Assembly (NCBI GenBank): GCA_002269645.1
Contig: NIVC01003621.1
Location: 23,014-87,013, forward strand
Length of the DNA stretch: 64,000 nucleotides
Source: Macrostomum lignano
Lineage: Eukaryota
Direction: 5' to 3'
Shown: positions 29,014-45,978 of the stretch, piece after piece
Layout: each line of letters begins with the position of its first letter
Numbering within the stretch: the first letter of the stretch is position 1
The notes under the pieces: model-generated
Seen by the model: only the letters and a program-made list of their open reading frames with translations
The model's database searches: none
Told to the model about the DNA's origin: nothing
Made by a program: the position numbers and the translations under genes

Positions 29014-32000
29014 CTAAAAGTGCACAGCAGCCAGAAGTTCATTCAGTCGAGCCTCATCGGGCGATCGATCCAGCACGCTGCAGAAGTAGGCAGCAATGTC
29101 CACGGAGTCCTGGGCGCACTGTTCTAGAAACGGCTGCTGCAGTAACTGCCGATATTTTGGTCGCTTTTTAACGTCTTTGCTCAGGCAGAGGTTGACAAAA
29201 TTGCGAGCCTCCTCTGAGAAGCGAGCGTCCGTTAGACGGGGAGGCTCGCTTTTAACAACCTGCGGATGGGTTCAGGCCGGTTCTTTGCACTGTACAGGTG
29301 GCCTGAGAGTGATTCTTTGTACTGTACAGGTATATTGAGGGTGATTCTCTGTTCTATACAGGTGGGTTGAGGGGCTGATGCCTTGTACTGTACAGGTGGG
29401 TTGAGTGGCTGATTCTTTGTACTGTACAGGTGGGTTGAGGGCGATTCTTTGTACTGTACAGGTGGGTTGAGTGGCTGATTCTCTGTACTGTACAGGTGGG
29501 TTGAGGGGCTGATTCTCTGTACTGTACAGGTGGGTTAAGGGGCTGATCTTTGTACCGTACAGGTGGGTTGAGGGGCTGATTCTCTGTACTGTACAGGTGG
29601 GTTGAGGGGCTGATCTTTGTACCGTACAGGTGGGTTGAGGGGCTGATCTTTGTACCGTACAGGTGGGTTGATATTTTAATAATAAACTTCTATTATATTC
29701 AGCAATTCCCAAACGAACTCTCTCACCTGCTCCAGCTGCTCAAACATGGTGCCCCACTGTTTGTAGGGAAACCGGCCGGTACACAGTTCGTACAACGAGA
29801 TGCCCAGCGACCAGACGTCGCTACGAACGTCGTAGCCTTCGCCGACGCGTTGATAGTCGATTCGTTCCGGCGCCATGTAGGGCCGGCAGCCGGCGTCCCG
29901 GGTCTTGGCAATGCTGTCCACCAGCTTGCCGGCGATGCCGAAGTCGCACAGCTTCACCCGGCCCGACCGGTCCGCCAGGATGTTGCTGGGCTTCACGTCT
30001 CTGAGGGGGGTGGGTGGTGAAGTCGGGATGGCCACTTGAAGTACCCGCGTCTGGATAGGGATCGGGTATTCGATGGGGAGTTATGGGGTCGGGAATCAAT
30101 GAGATCAGGGATTGCTATGGGATCGAAGATCAAAATGGGATCAGGGATTTTAATGAGATCAGGTATTACAATGAGATTGAGGATTACAATGAGATTGAGG
30201 ATTAGAATGGGATGGTGGATAAGAATGGGATGGTGGATTACAATGGGATGGTGGATTAGAATGGGATGGTGGATTACAATGGGATCAGGGATTACAATGG
30301 GATCAGGGATTACAATGGGATCGGGGATTACAATGGGATCAGGGATTGCCATACCGGTAGCATCGGGACCGCACTAGGATCAGAAGAGACTGGAAATTCC
30401 GATTTCCAGTTGCATAAAAAAGACCCCATTCTTCAACACGCCCTCTCACCTGTGCATCATGCCCAATTTCTCCTTGAGATAATTCAACGCTTTGACAGTT
30501 GCTAAGGAAACCTGGGCAATTACCACCTCGGGTATGACCTCGTTGAGATGATGATAGACAACCCGGTAGAATTTGTCTAGACTGGTGTCCATCAGCTCCA
30601 TGCAGATCCAACAGTCGCCCTCTTTGAATAATGCGCCATAGGACCTGGCCAAGCAAACGGTTTAGGGTTCGATGTTCGTTTTGTACACTTACAAGCGCTT
30701 TCCTAATCTGGCTCCACTTTTACTTCGCAATCTCACCAGTCACTCCCAATCTCACCAGTCACTCCCAATCGCAGTCAGTCACTCGAAATCTCACTCAGTC
30801 ACTCCCAATCTCACTCAGTCACTCCCAATCTCACTCAGTCACTCCCAATCTCACTCAGTCACTCCCAATCTCACTCAGTCACTCCCAATCTCACTCAGTC
30901 ACTCCCAATCTCACTCAGTCACTCCCAATCTCACTCAGTCACTCCCAATCTCACTCAGTCACTCCCAATCTCATTCAGTCACTCCCAATCTCACTCAGTC
31001 ACTCCCAATCTCACCAGTCACTCCAAATCTCACTCAGTCACTCCAAATCTCCCTCAGTCACTCCCAATCTCACCCAGTCACTCCAAATCTCACTCAGTCA
31101 CTCTAATCTCACCCAGTCACTCCAAATCTCACTCAGTCACTCTAATCTCACTCAGTCACTATAAATCTCACTCAGTCACTCCCAATCTCACCCAGTCACT
31201 CCAAATCTCACTCAGTCACTCTAATCTCACCCAGTCACTCCAAATCTCACTCAGTCACTCTAATCTCACTCAGTCACTATAAATCTCACTCAGTCACTCC
31301 CAATCTCACTCAGTCACTCCCAATGGCAGTCAGTCACTCTAATCTCACTCAGTCACTCCCAATCTCACTCAGTCACTCCCAATCTCACTCAGTCACTCCC
31401 AATCTCACTCAGTCACTCCCAATCTCACTCAGTCACTCCCAATCTCACTCAGTCACTCCCAATCTCAGTCAGTCACTCTCAAGCTCACTCAGTCACTCCC
31501 AATCTCAGTCAGTCACTCCCAATCTCACTCAGTCACGCCCAGTCGCAGTCAGTCACTCGAAATCTCACGTCAGTTACTCCCAATCGCACTCAGTCACTCC
31601 CAATCTCACTCAGTCACTCCCAATCTCACTCAGTCACTCCCAATCTCAGTCAGTCACTCCTAAGCTCACTCAGTCACTCCAAATCTCACTCAGTCACTCC
31701 CAAACTCACTCAGTCACTCCCAAACTCACCTAGCAATAAACGGACACTCGCAATTGACCACAACATTCAGTTCCAGCAGCATATTCTTCTGCTGGCGCTG
31801 ATCGACAGTAGATCGAATTCGTTTCACAGCCAGCACTGATCCTGTGGGCTTGAACCGCATCCTATTCACTGAGCCAAATGCTCCCCGACCGATCTCTCCC
31901 AGATCTTCCAGATCGTCAACGCTGAACTGTCGTTCCGGTTGATCTGGCAGCTTCAATTGGCCAACAGGCGGCAGACCGGGCAAGCCTGGCTGCGTCTGCA

Positions 32001-32118
32001 GCTGGCCAATAGGAGAGGCCGACTGAGGCGCAGCTCGATTCTGATTGGACGCCGTCAGTGGAAGCACAAATCGAGGCCGAGAAGTGCCTCCGCTACCAAT
32101 TCTGTTATTGTCTGACAT
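29014..32118 (-). CDS. MAP2K4: MAP kinase kinase 4 (MKK4/SEK1), 4 exons, 367 aa
   Basis: Exons 32118-31730, 30644-30450, 30000-29727, 29259-29014 (1104 nt). Motifs GEIGRGAFGSV, AVKRIR, HRDVKPSN, DFG and the MKK4 activation loop LVDSIAKTRDAG. Confidence 0.92.
29290..29670. repeat. About 34-bp minisatellite in MKK4 intron 3
   Basis: Tandem gtactgtacaggtgggttgaggggctgattctct variants. Confidence 0.9.
30060..30350. repeat. 18-bp minisatellite in MKK4 intron 2
   Basis: Tandem ggattacaatgggatcag variants. Confidence 0.85.
30743..31729. repeat. 20-bp minisatellite in MKK4 intron 1
   Basis: Tandem cactcccaatctcactcagt; the first unit on the minus strand coincides with the splice donor. Confidence 0.95.
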
Positions 32119-35100
32119 TTGATTTCTTTATTTGATGTTTAATTTTGTTTACAATCAAGTGTATTTTTTCAACAGAAAATCACAATAGCTCTCGAAGAAA
32201 TGGCTCATATGGCCATGTTGTTTAACTGAATAAACATGAATTCAATTAAAGATTAAAATAGACAAACAATTTAGAATTTTTACATTCTTTTTATTTATAA
32301 CAATCGAATGTTGTACATAAATATGGTAATGGTATCAGAATATTAGAACTATTAAGTGTAGAATAGGCCTATAGAATAATTAATATTTAAAATTAACCAC
32401 AAAATTATCTATAGCCTATACTAAGTCTATATTGGTGCATTCTACTAATTTCAAGAAGGTTATGGATACCTTTTGGCAACATTGTTCAACTACATCAGTT
32501 CTAAGGCAGTTCTGCCTATCATGTTGACTCCTGAGGTATACATACAATTGTATGGATAATTTAATTAAGTATGCCTTTACACATATCATTAGTATATTTA
32601 TACTTAGTGCTCACATAAAATTAAAAAAATATAAGCACTAAATAGTTAAAAACAAAGAGAGACTTAAATGGCATGCAAATCAATAAAATAATAGCAATGT
32701 CTTACTTTCCTGCAATAAATTCTTTTGACACCAAATTTTAACAAACTTAACAAGTTAAAGACAAAGTGAACAAAAGCAAACAAAGTTAACATATATTAGT
32801 TTATTAAAACAAGTCTATTAAAGTATAATTGAGCTAAATGCAACTCTTAAAAATAGCATTATGTGGCATTGTAATGGGTTATCTAATATAGGAAACTTTT
32901 AAAGCAAGCATTTAGATAGTCACTGCCTGAGGAACTTGCTTAATTGGGGCCAACATTTTCAAGATTTGCATAAATTTCAATTATACTTCTAATAAACTTG
33001 ATAAAGTTTTTTGTTAAAAAATTATAGAATTTCTAGCTATAGTTATGTCACTATTATAGAAAGTATAATAGTGATAGTTATAATTGTAATTGCAATTCCA
33101 TTATAATTGCCAGGTAAAATTAAGGTTGCATAGGAGCCCAACAACTAGCTTTTACAACCAATGCCTTTTTCTTTTAAATACTAGTTTCATGAAAAAATTA
33201 ATTATAATGCATATACAAGGTTATGTGCTGGTGCTCTGTCTACTCTCTATAAAAAATCCCACCACTAAGTCACCAAGCTGTGCTAGTTCTCTTCCCTGTA
33301 CACTGAGAATCCCACCGGTTAGCCACCAGCTGTTGTAGGGCTATTTTTTATTCCTATTATTGACTGTTCTAAAGCTGCCACAAAGTTGTTACAGGGGTTA
33401 TTCCTTCTTGTTAATATTGCTGGTTATTACTTGCCTTTTACTAGTAGCGTATGTACTTCTATTGGTAGTGTATGTACTTCTATTGTACTTTTTGGCCTGA
33501 GCGATCTTTAGGCACTGTCTATTCTATTTCTATACTCTAAAGATATTATTATCAGTCCTGGGCGTTCCCAGGATCAGAGGGTCACAGTGCACTTCGCTGG
33601 GTATTCTGCCCTAAGGCAGGTTTCTCAGACTCTAAGCCTGGATTTCTCTACCCTGTGGTAGGAATTCTGCCTTTTAAAGGCGGGTTACTAGACTCCTAAG
33701 TCTAGGATTTCTTGTTCTCTAAGAACGGACTGAACTCCCAATCTTGGGGCGACTCTTTTGTCACTATCCACTACTCGAAATAAGTAACACAAGTGATCAC
33801 AAGCCCAAGGCTGATTTAAAGCTTGATCAATGTTCGAAACAATGGTACAAGAAAAGGTTCACAAGGTTATTTATTTTTGCTCCCAGCTGACTCCTATTTA
33901 TAGTAAAATTTTACTAGTATTTAAAACAAAGTATTAATACATAGAATATTCAGAATATTTTGCATATAATACTATACTATTATATATAATATAATACTAT
34001 ACTATTATATTATATATAAAAGAAATATTTTTAATATTCGCATGGTATAACAACAGTAGTACATTTTTGAAATGCAACTTTTTCTAAGAAATCGTTATAA
34101 AAACTGGAGGCCTATTATAGTTAGAACCTATAGTATTGATGTAGTACACTTTGTAATTTATATACTTGTATTCCTATATTTTATGAAATATCAGTCTATT
34201 CTTTCTTAGACATTTGCACATTTTAAAATTTCACCAAGTTTTTGTTTAAATATTGTGTCATTGAAAAATATTCTATTATTATATATTTTTTAAATTTGTT
34301 TAAAATTGTTCCAAAATGCAGGATGAATAGAATGTGAAAAAGGCAGAAGGAATCAACCATTTATGAAATCATATTTTGTTCTTATGTTCAATACTATGGT
34401 TCTTCTATTTTGTGAAGTATTCAAGCTAAATTGCCTTGACAGATTTGAATTGGCTTATTGATTTCTATAGGACTATAAGACCCAAGCATTGGGAGAATTT
34501 GAAACCATTTAGAAACGAGACAAATCTCAGTAGTCTGGGGTAAATTTCTATAGAGAAGTAAAATTGCCTTAGAATAATGTAAATGCTTAGAATCTGTAAC
34601 ACTCTGATCCCAAAAATGCCTAGGACTGAGATATATCCCTTTATAGGAATAACTGAAATATAGAAATAGGGTAGACAGTGCCAATAACTGCTTAGGCCAA
34701 GAAATAGTATAGTAAAAAGTATATATGCTACCAGTGGGTATATTCATGTACTACTAGTAATATCTATCATTAGTAAGAGTACATAAGTAGTAAGAACATT
34801 AAAAACCATTGAAACAGCTTGGTGGCAGTAGAGGCCAAATGAGCAAAGATTTTTGGTCAAGCCAAGTATTGAGTCAAGACTTGGTGCTTATATCAAGTAG
34901 GCCAGTCAAGAAATGTTGAGTGAGTAATCTGCACATTTTATATATAGCACTTTCTATAACTAAACTGTCAATGTCATTTTATACAAAGATTTATATGAAT
35001 ATATTCTATCATAAACAATTAATATTTAATGTTTTTAATATTTTATTTATTAATAAAAAATATTAAAATTTACTAATTAATGTTTGTTTATATTGGTCAT

Positions 35101-38100
35101 TCCACGAGAGACTTGAAGACATTTCAGGACGTTTTATACAATGTCAGATCAAAAGGAGAAGAGTATATAAAGACTTAATTATGAACTTATAAAGAAATGA
35201 TAAATGAGTTAAAAGTACAATTGTTAAAAATAAATTTAACAATTAATTCTATGAAACAAGGGCTGCAGAGCTGAGTTGTCTAGCTGACTGCCAAAATATG
35301 ACATCCACATCTCCAGGAGTGTCCAGCCATAGTTGCAGCTTGTTAGCCAGCCAAATTCTTGTATGAGGATTTGAAGAAAGGTGATAATATTTCTAGTTAG
35401 TGTTTCATTCAGTTATTTTTGTATAAAAATACCAAGATTGTGGGCAACAATAAAACTGATCCAACTATTAAAAAAGGGAAATGCCATGCTGATATTTCTT
35501 TCTTAAGAGGCATATTTACCCTATATTATCTATATACAGACCCATTAAAAATACTCAACTTCTTGAATTAACCAAAGTAAAATTTCTTGACAGTTGAATA
35601 GTTGAAAAAATAGCCTATCACTTGACGTGTCAAGTACTTGTTTGGCTTCTAGGTGGCAGCAATAATAATAAACAGCCTTAATACAACTTTGGTAATAGCT
35701 TTTAAGGTTATTATATAGACAGAAGACAACTTCTATTATAACTTTGGTGGCATTAGTGAAATTTTAATAAGCCAAGCAAAGTCCTATCACAATTTGGTAT
35801 TAGCATAAGATCATTTTTGGATGGAAGAAGTTAGCCCTACCTTTAGGATAATATAGTTTTTTTTTAAATCTTCTTTGTTACCTTTATAATACTAATAGAA
35901 TAGCAATATAGATTGCTAGTGTAAGCTAATTTTCTTTGATTATATATATTAAAGTATTTTAGGCTTATTAACATTGCATTTTGATGTATTTTTTCTAAAA
36001 GATTAAATTTCTATAATATTGCCTAGGCTTTTATAATAATTTACCTTACATTAACTTATTGTCTATATAAACTAGCCTAGTTAAATAAGGTAATCCAGAT
36101 AAAAATGAAAGGTCCTGAATATTAGGGCCTATTAATATTACCTTTAAATTAAAAGTAAATCAAGTCACAATATAATTCATATAATAATAGGCTAATTTAA
36201 TTTAAAATATAATGTTGTAGGCCTAGTTTTAATATAAAGAAAATGAATGTCAAAATTGGCCCAATTTGCATACACTAAAGCATAATGGTTTTATAGATAG
36301 GCCCCTTTAAATTTTAAATTAGAAAATCTCCATTTGAATAAAAGAAAGAGTAGGGCCTAGGCCTATCTGACTCTGAGTATTTATGATTGTTTAAACATAC
36401 CACTAGGCTTCTTGTTTAATCCAGGCATATATAGATATAGGCCTATCTATGCCACACCCACAGCCACCTATAATTTTATTATAAAATTATAAAAAAATAG
36501 ATAGGGCCTAGTCTGTGACCCTACATTTCAGTTCTGAATTAAAACATTAGCAGATTAGATTGTGATTGCAATGATGCCAATTTATTTTAAATAAACCATA
36601 AAAATGAAGTCAATATTTATGGACTGGAGTTGTACAGAACTTAAGGCCGACTAAAATCGATGAGACTTGTTGATCGTTGCAGGTTAGTTAGGACTCAGTT
36701 AGCCAAGTCAGTCGAGTTCACTTTAAAAATCACCTTTGCCCTTTGCGCTGTTTTAAAGTAGGGCTTAGTAGTAGCTGTACTAAGAGTTTTGGCTCCGGCA
36801 AATAGCCTGTTTTTAATTCCAATGCCAATGTTTAATTCGAAAAAAAAGATTTATGAGTGATGATAAAATTCCGATGTTTGTAAAAAATATAGTTTTTTGA
36901 AAGCGCGTCTGATACATACGTCTGAAAGCACATCTTTGGGCGTCGGGACGAAGAATTCTAATATTCTAAAATTCTAAGGATTTTTTAATTTTGAAAGTGT
37001 GCAAAACAATTTTGTTTTGCTACATGATTTACTTTCTATTCACTAATGGAAAGTAGTACGTAGAAAGTTAAAATAGCAAGTTAATGTGTGTGAAATGAAA
37101 TGCGTAGCATTTAAATTTAACATCAAGAAGGACCATGTAGTTGAAGGACTCGGCCCTCACGAAGCACGGAAAAAAAGTTTTTAAGGGCTGATTTTCAAAG
37201 CTTGATGCTGCCTCTTCAGATACAGATATTAAGATGATTATAGCCATCCTTGTTTAAAATGTGGGTGTTTTTAAGCTGTATAGTTGTCTTACTGCTAAAG
37301 GTATTATTTTTTCTGGATAGAGCATTATTAAATTTTGTGTCATCTTACCTTTTCTTCTAGTAACGGCATCTATTAAAGCTAAAATTTAGTTTATTTGCTT
37401 AAACTGCTATAAATACATGTTCATTTTGTATTTATATAGCCTTATATTTTGCTTGATGCATATAAGGATATTAGATCAAGCAACTGCGTTCAACATCTAA
37501 TTAACGTCGACCCACAAATAGGTACATGTAGTGTAAACGAGATATGATCGTGTCATTGTAGTCGGGGCATAGAGAGTATTATATTTTATTAATACGTTGT
37601 ATAGGGTTTTATAATACCTGGTATTAGGTAATAAGAAAGTCATACGCATCATGCTAGCCAATCAGCAGCTTTTTCTATTTTGTTTCTACTTCAATTCACA
37701 GTGGTGCGCAACCATAGGCGTCACCATATCCTGCATGGGGAGGGGGACGAGTGAGAAATTCTCGGTATTACGAGTTGGGCCGAAAGGAAGACGTACATGT
37801 ACATCGACAGAATTGGCTGCGCCGACGGAATCGGAGGAGCTGAGCTTGATCGTGTCCGGAGAGTTACTCGTCGAATCTCCCATCTGAACAACTCTATCAC
37901 GCATTTAGCCATCATCAGAGAAGTTTTAACAGACAAAGCGTCGCTTATTTCTACGCTACCGAAGTCGACATGGTTGATCATGGCGGTGGCGGCCCGTCAA
38001 CGCGGTCGGCATTTCCTCTCGTGATCATGGACCAGTAATTCGAAATTTGTGTAGGGGACAGATGTTTGTACTCTAGTATTCTACCTTGCGCGTTGCGCCC

Positions 38101-38479
38101 TTGTCTATTTATGCGAGTAATATACATCAAACTAATGCACGCGCGTTGCTCTCGGAGCGAACCCTAGCTTAGATCTCAAATATAAGTATCTCGATGAATT
38201 GCATTCAATGCCGGCCCAAGTGGCGCTAAACTAAAAAAATTCTACTGGCCTTTCGTCGACTACTACAGTTGCTGTTGTCATTAATTATTTGTTCAAACGC
38301 ATGCTCAAACGCAGACTCAAATTTGTAAGTCGTGAAGGATAATAGTAGGGTAGGAACTAGGCGAATTGGGCAAAATAGGATAAAATTTAATGGCCTACGA
38401 CAACTTGGTGGCATCTTGGTGACTGATTGACTGACTGACTGACTTAAATTAAGAAATTAAGCTAGAACAACAGAAATGG

Positions 38480-38760
38480 GCAAATAGTCAAAGCCTACAA
38501 TAGTACAAGCAGTGCATGGCAAAGCTCCCATTAATTTCAGACAATATCATGCGAGGCGGCAATTGACTCAGGCGGTTGACAGGCGGAGACAGCCGGTCGC
38601 AGAATTCTAAATGAGCCCGGCGCGGAGGCCGCTCCAGGGGAGGAGCTGCGATCACGTCCGGGACCGACGGCCAACCCCGACCGGCGTAGCAACGGAGGGG
38701 TGGACATGTGAACCGGCCCGCATAAGAGGACTGCAAAGGAGCGCAGAACTACTGAGCTCC
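38480..38760 (-). mobile_element. Possible degenerate non-LTR retrotransposon fragment
   Basis: GC-rich island whose minus-strand translation (GWPSVPDVIAA...RRAHLEFCDRL...LPPRMIL) loosely resembles the post-RT region of LINEs. Weak. Confidence 0.25.
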
Positions 38761-39102
38761 CCCCCAGATGCTCTAACTCAACCAGAGTAAAACCGTTAAG
38801 TCTAACCGCCTAACCCTCGCCCCCGTAGTAACGGGCATGTCTAGTGCTTATTTGATTGCATCCGCTGCTGTGTAAACCCTGCCATCGTTAGGTAAGCTGT
38901 ATCCCACCTCATCGGCAGCTGGGGGATGAGTTAGACAACTCATTTAATATAACACGATCTTGAAGCCCAAAGAGGCAATGCTTGTTTTGAGATCTAAAGT
39001 GTGACGTCAACGAAAAGCATCTCAGGTTTTGTTGTCTGTTCCACCGCTGTCTGAAGGCAGAAGATAACCGGCGTTTAGAACATCGAAAACATCGTGTTAT
39101 AT

Positions 39103-39390
39103 GACTGACTGACTCACTGACTCACTGACTGACTGACTGACTGACTAACTGACTGACTGACTGACTGACTGACTGACTGACTGACTGACTGACTGACTGA
39201 CTCACTGACTGACTGACTGACTGACTGACTGACTGACTGACTGACTAACTGACTGACTGACTGACTGACGGACTAACTGACTGACTGACTGACTGACTGA
39301 CTGACTGACTGACTGACTGACTGACTGACTGACTGACTGACTCACTGACTGACTGACTGACTGACTGACTGACTGACTGACTGACTGACA
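39103..39390. repeat. (GACT)n microsatellite
   Basis: Direct reading. Confidence 0.95.
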
Positions 39391-39656
39391 CAGACAAATT
39401 AGATACATTGCATGGTTAATGCAAAGAGAAAAGAGAAAAGTAAAAAGCTTTTGCTGCCACGGTAGAAATTTGTTTAGTTTATATTTGGGCATTAAGATAA
39501 TAACAAATTTTTGAGAGTAGCTTGTTTTAACAAGTTCTTTAAAATTCAAAATAGAATAAATTTATAAATAAACTATTGATTGGAGTAATTTTTAAAACAA
39601 TCGGCCTTTTCTCTTGTTTTAATAGTATCTGAAATCTGATTATTCTCAGAGATTTC

Positions 39657-40374
39657 TCAGAACACCTTGACGAATCTGCTCCAGGCGGGGTCCTTCTCGA
39701 TGGCGTCACCAACACTGGAATCCGAGTAGTCCAGCATGCGGCAGAGCCCAGCGTCCGTGTTCACCAGAGCCGCCCGGCACTCCCAGCGGGAGGCGCACGC
39801 GTCCAAACAGGTGAACTGCTCCTCGATCGTGATGTCGGTGTAGCAGTAAGTTGGCGTGATCTCCCCCAGCTGCAGGAACTCGGACCGCTTAAACACGCCG
39901 CTATTCGGGGTCTCGATCGGCTGGCACAGACAGAGCTTCGTCCCGCCAGACGTGGCGTCCATGAGTCCCGACTGCCGAATCGCCAGTCCGTCGTCGCTAT
40001 CGTTGATGTCGTCTGGACAGTCGTCCGACCAGTCTTCGTCGCCGAGCACGGGGAACTCGGTGCCGTTGGTCATCAGCCAGCCGGTTCTGTTGCGGTACCG
40101 CTCGACCAGAAAATCGGTGCCGCCCAGCCACAGCAGCCTCGGCCACAGGTGACGAGCAGCCCGCGCCCGCTCGATCCCGAGCGCCAGCTCTCCGTTGATG
40201 CCGTGGCAGAACCTGGCCGCGTCGCACCATGCAGGTCCTCTTGATGTCCGAGAGGTTCCAGAACAGGCAGAATCCATTCAGAGTGGTGTAGGGCGGCGGG
40301 CAAGCGAACAGAGGGTAACTGCAGATTACAGCAAATGCGAAGCTTGCAAAGAGCAGGAGGCCTTTCTTAGCCAT
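39657..40374 (-). pseudogene. Secreted C-type lectin plus PAN/apple-like domain protein with one frameshift
   Basis: Signal peptide MAKKGLLLFASFAFAVIC and CPPPYTTLNGFC lie in one frame. WCDAARFC, LWLGGTD, GWLMTNG and CLDACASRWECRAALVN..GLC lie in another. Removing TGCA at 40230-40233 restores KRTWCDAARFC. Confidence 0.7.
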
Positions 40375-41043
40375 TGCTTGCAGTTGGTCCTGTTCGGCGT
40401 CAGAGGCATGTCTTGTCGGAATGGGTTCCGACAAACGCTATTTAAGCGCTTCTTCTAGCAACCAGCAGATTTCCCTGAGCAGATAAACGATTCAGCAACT
40501 TAATCGCGATAAGGATAATGCATGGGACCTAAAGCAAAACCTGGGTTTTGCGATCCAGTCTGATTTTTTGAACAGTTCAATTTCAATAGAGACAATGAGG
40601 CTGTTTGAAATCATTTTGTCGGCATCGGTAAACAGCAAAGCAGCTTAATTTATAAAATAAAATCCAGCTCGATCGCTTATCTATCTTGCTCTATAGAATT
40701 GGAAAAAATATTCGATTTTAGAGGATTCAATTCCAATAAAATAGTTTTTATATTTCACGTACTGGGAGCAGATTAAATCCAGTTAAACACTGCTGAGAAT
40801 TCGTCAAATGAAATTATTCAGAGATGAATTAGCTTAATGATTAATTAGCTAAAGCATGAATTAGATTAGGGATGAATTAGCTAAGGGATGAGTTAGATAG
40901 ATAGATAAATAGATAGATAATGCGAAATGAAACCACGCACACAGTTGAAGCAAATTCACAATTTCTTTAACTCTAAGAAAAGAACCGAATTTTCGACCTA
41001 AACAGGGTCTTCGTCAGGGTATATTGTAAATAAAAAACTGTAG

Positions 41044-42567
<1,524 letters not shown>

Positions 42568-42838
42568 CAGAAAACAAATTTGCTCTCATTGGGCCGTCTG
42601 CTGAGCCAGTAGTTGTTTGTCGCTGAGTTGCTGCTAATAATGGTCAAAAGAAGAGTTTCTGCTTTTATTGTGCAGCCCTCTTAGCCCATGAACGCATATT
42701 TGTTTCAAAAATTGCCTTTTTGCTGAAACAAACCATTTCAACTTCCTTTGATAGCTTATCTTTAGATCCTGGCACTGGAAGAACGAAGATTAAACCCAGT
42801 CGCATCATTGATTATTTAGTACAAATTTATCCGCCTAA

Positions 42839-44502
<1,664 letters not shown>

Positions 44503-45697
44503 TTCTCGGCAGCGTCTGATAAAGCAGTTACAATGAAGAAAATAACGATTTTTGCTATATGATTCCAAACAGTTGTGTAATACTGACTATAAATTATACG
44601 AGGGCTCACAGAAAAGTCTATAAAACACCAGAATCACTACATTGTTTCTAGTGCCTATATGTTCATGACTCATTCATTTTATCCTGTAATAAAAATAATC
44701 AATGAAAAGCAACATGTACTTTTGATTGTCTTGATTGTGGAACTATATTGACTACTGATAGTATAACATCTAGCAAATGCAAAATAGGTAAAGGATTTTA
44801 CTGTGTAAATTGAATTCAACTAAACAAAGGACGCTTGCAACATATGCAATGAAGTATAGAAACAGAAGCTCCTTCTAGAAATGTACTGCAATGCATAACT
44901 TCAATGAGAGCAATGATTTGAGTACTATTGGGTTTAGGACATTTCGTCTTATGAATTTTCGTCCGGATCACTCTGTCCGCTACGTCTGGTCCAGATAGGA
45001 CCCATATTCCAAGATAAATCTGACGGATCAAATACAGTTTCAATGTGACTAAGGACTTTTACAGACTACATATTATCTCGTGTCGTTTTAATGATTTCAC
45101 TAAACAATGATCGCTAAATATAAAAATTCGATGATTTATAACAAACTTACTTGAATGTAACGATCGTGATGCATTAAGATCATCTTCGGTAACTTTTCTC
45201 TTCAATCAACCCAAATGCGCTGTAACTACTTATCATCTTTTTCCGATTGGAGTTGAAACATGATTGATCGAAGAGACGAGGGGAGTCGTATAATCGATTT
45301 TAGCTTCAATTCTTCTAACCAAAGCTGCATTGTCTTCAAATAGAATCTTGTCAGTTGTAGTTTTGTCTGCATCGTTAGTAAAAAAGAATTAACCAAAAGC
45401 AATGTTGATACACATGCTGAAGAGCCAATGTAGGCCTAAAGTGCATGTATTTTAAAACAATAAGGTTGAAAATCCTACTAGAAACTGCTAGACGAGACTA
45501 CAAGAATTACCTTGTCGAAAGATACCAAAAGATGTCAACAGAGCAGTAAACTTCACCAAGAACTATAATTAATTAGTAGGTTGAGTTGTAAATAACTTCA
45601 AGTTTTAAGGGACATCAGCTTCATCCGTAGAAGGAAGTGGTTTTATCTGATCGTTAAAGGAGAAAATCCCATCATCTAGTTGAACCTCGGACATGCG

Positions 45698-45803
45698 TTT
45701 TCATATTAGAGGCAGAGGGGCTGCGCGCACTATAAGCGACATTGTGGCACAACCGGCGAGAGGCATTGCTGCCCATTCCGCCGACTCCCCTGAGCAGGCA
45801 CAC
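45698..45803 (-). repeat. Interspersed repeat fragment, copy 2
   Basis: Reverse complement matches 21040-21170. Confidence 0.65.
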
Positions 45804-45978
45804 TGAATCGTTCAGTGGCAACATCCTACTCTAGCAGATCAATATTCTCTGTAATTTTTGTCTGTGCGTCTTTAACGTCAAAAGTCGTTACTGGAAACTA
45901 CTCAAGAAGGCACACAACAAACATTTTGGAACTCAAAATTGCGTTCATCTTCGTAGACTACTCAGACGCTGCCGAGAA

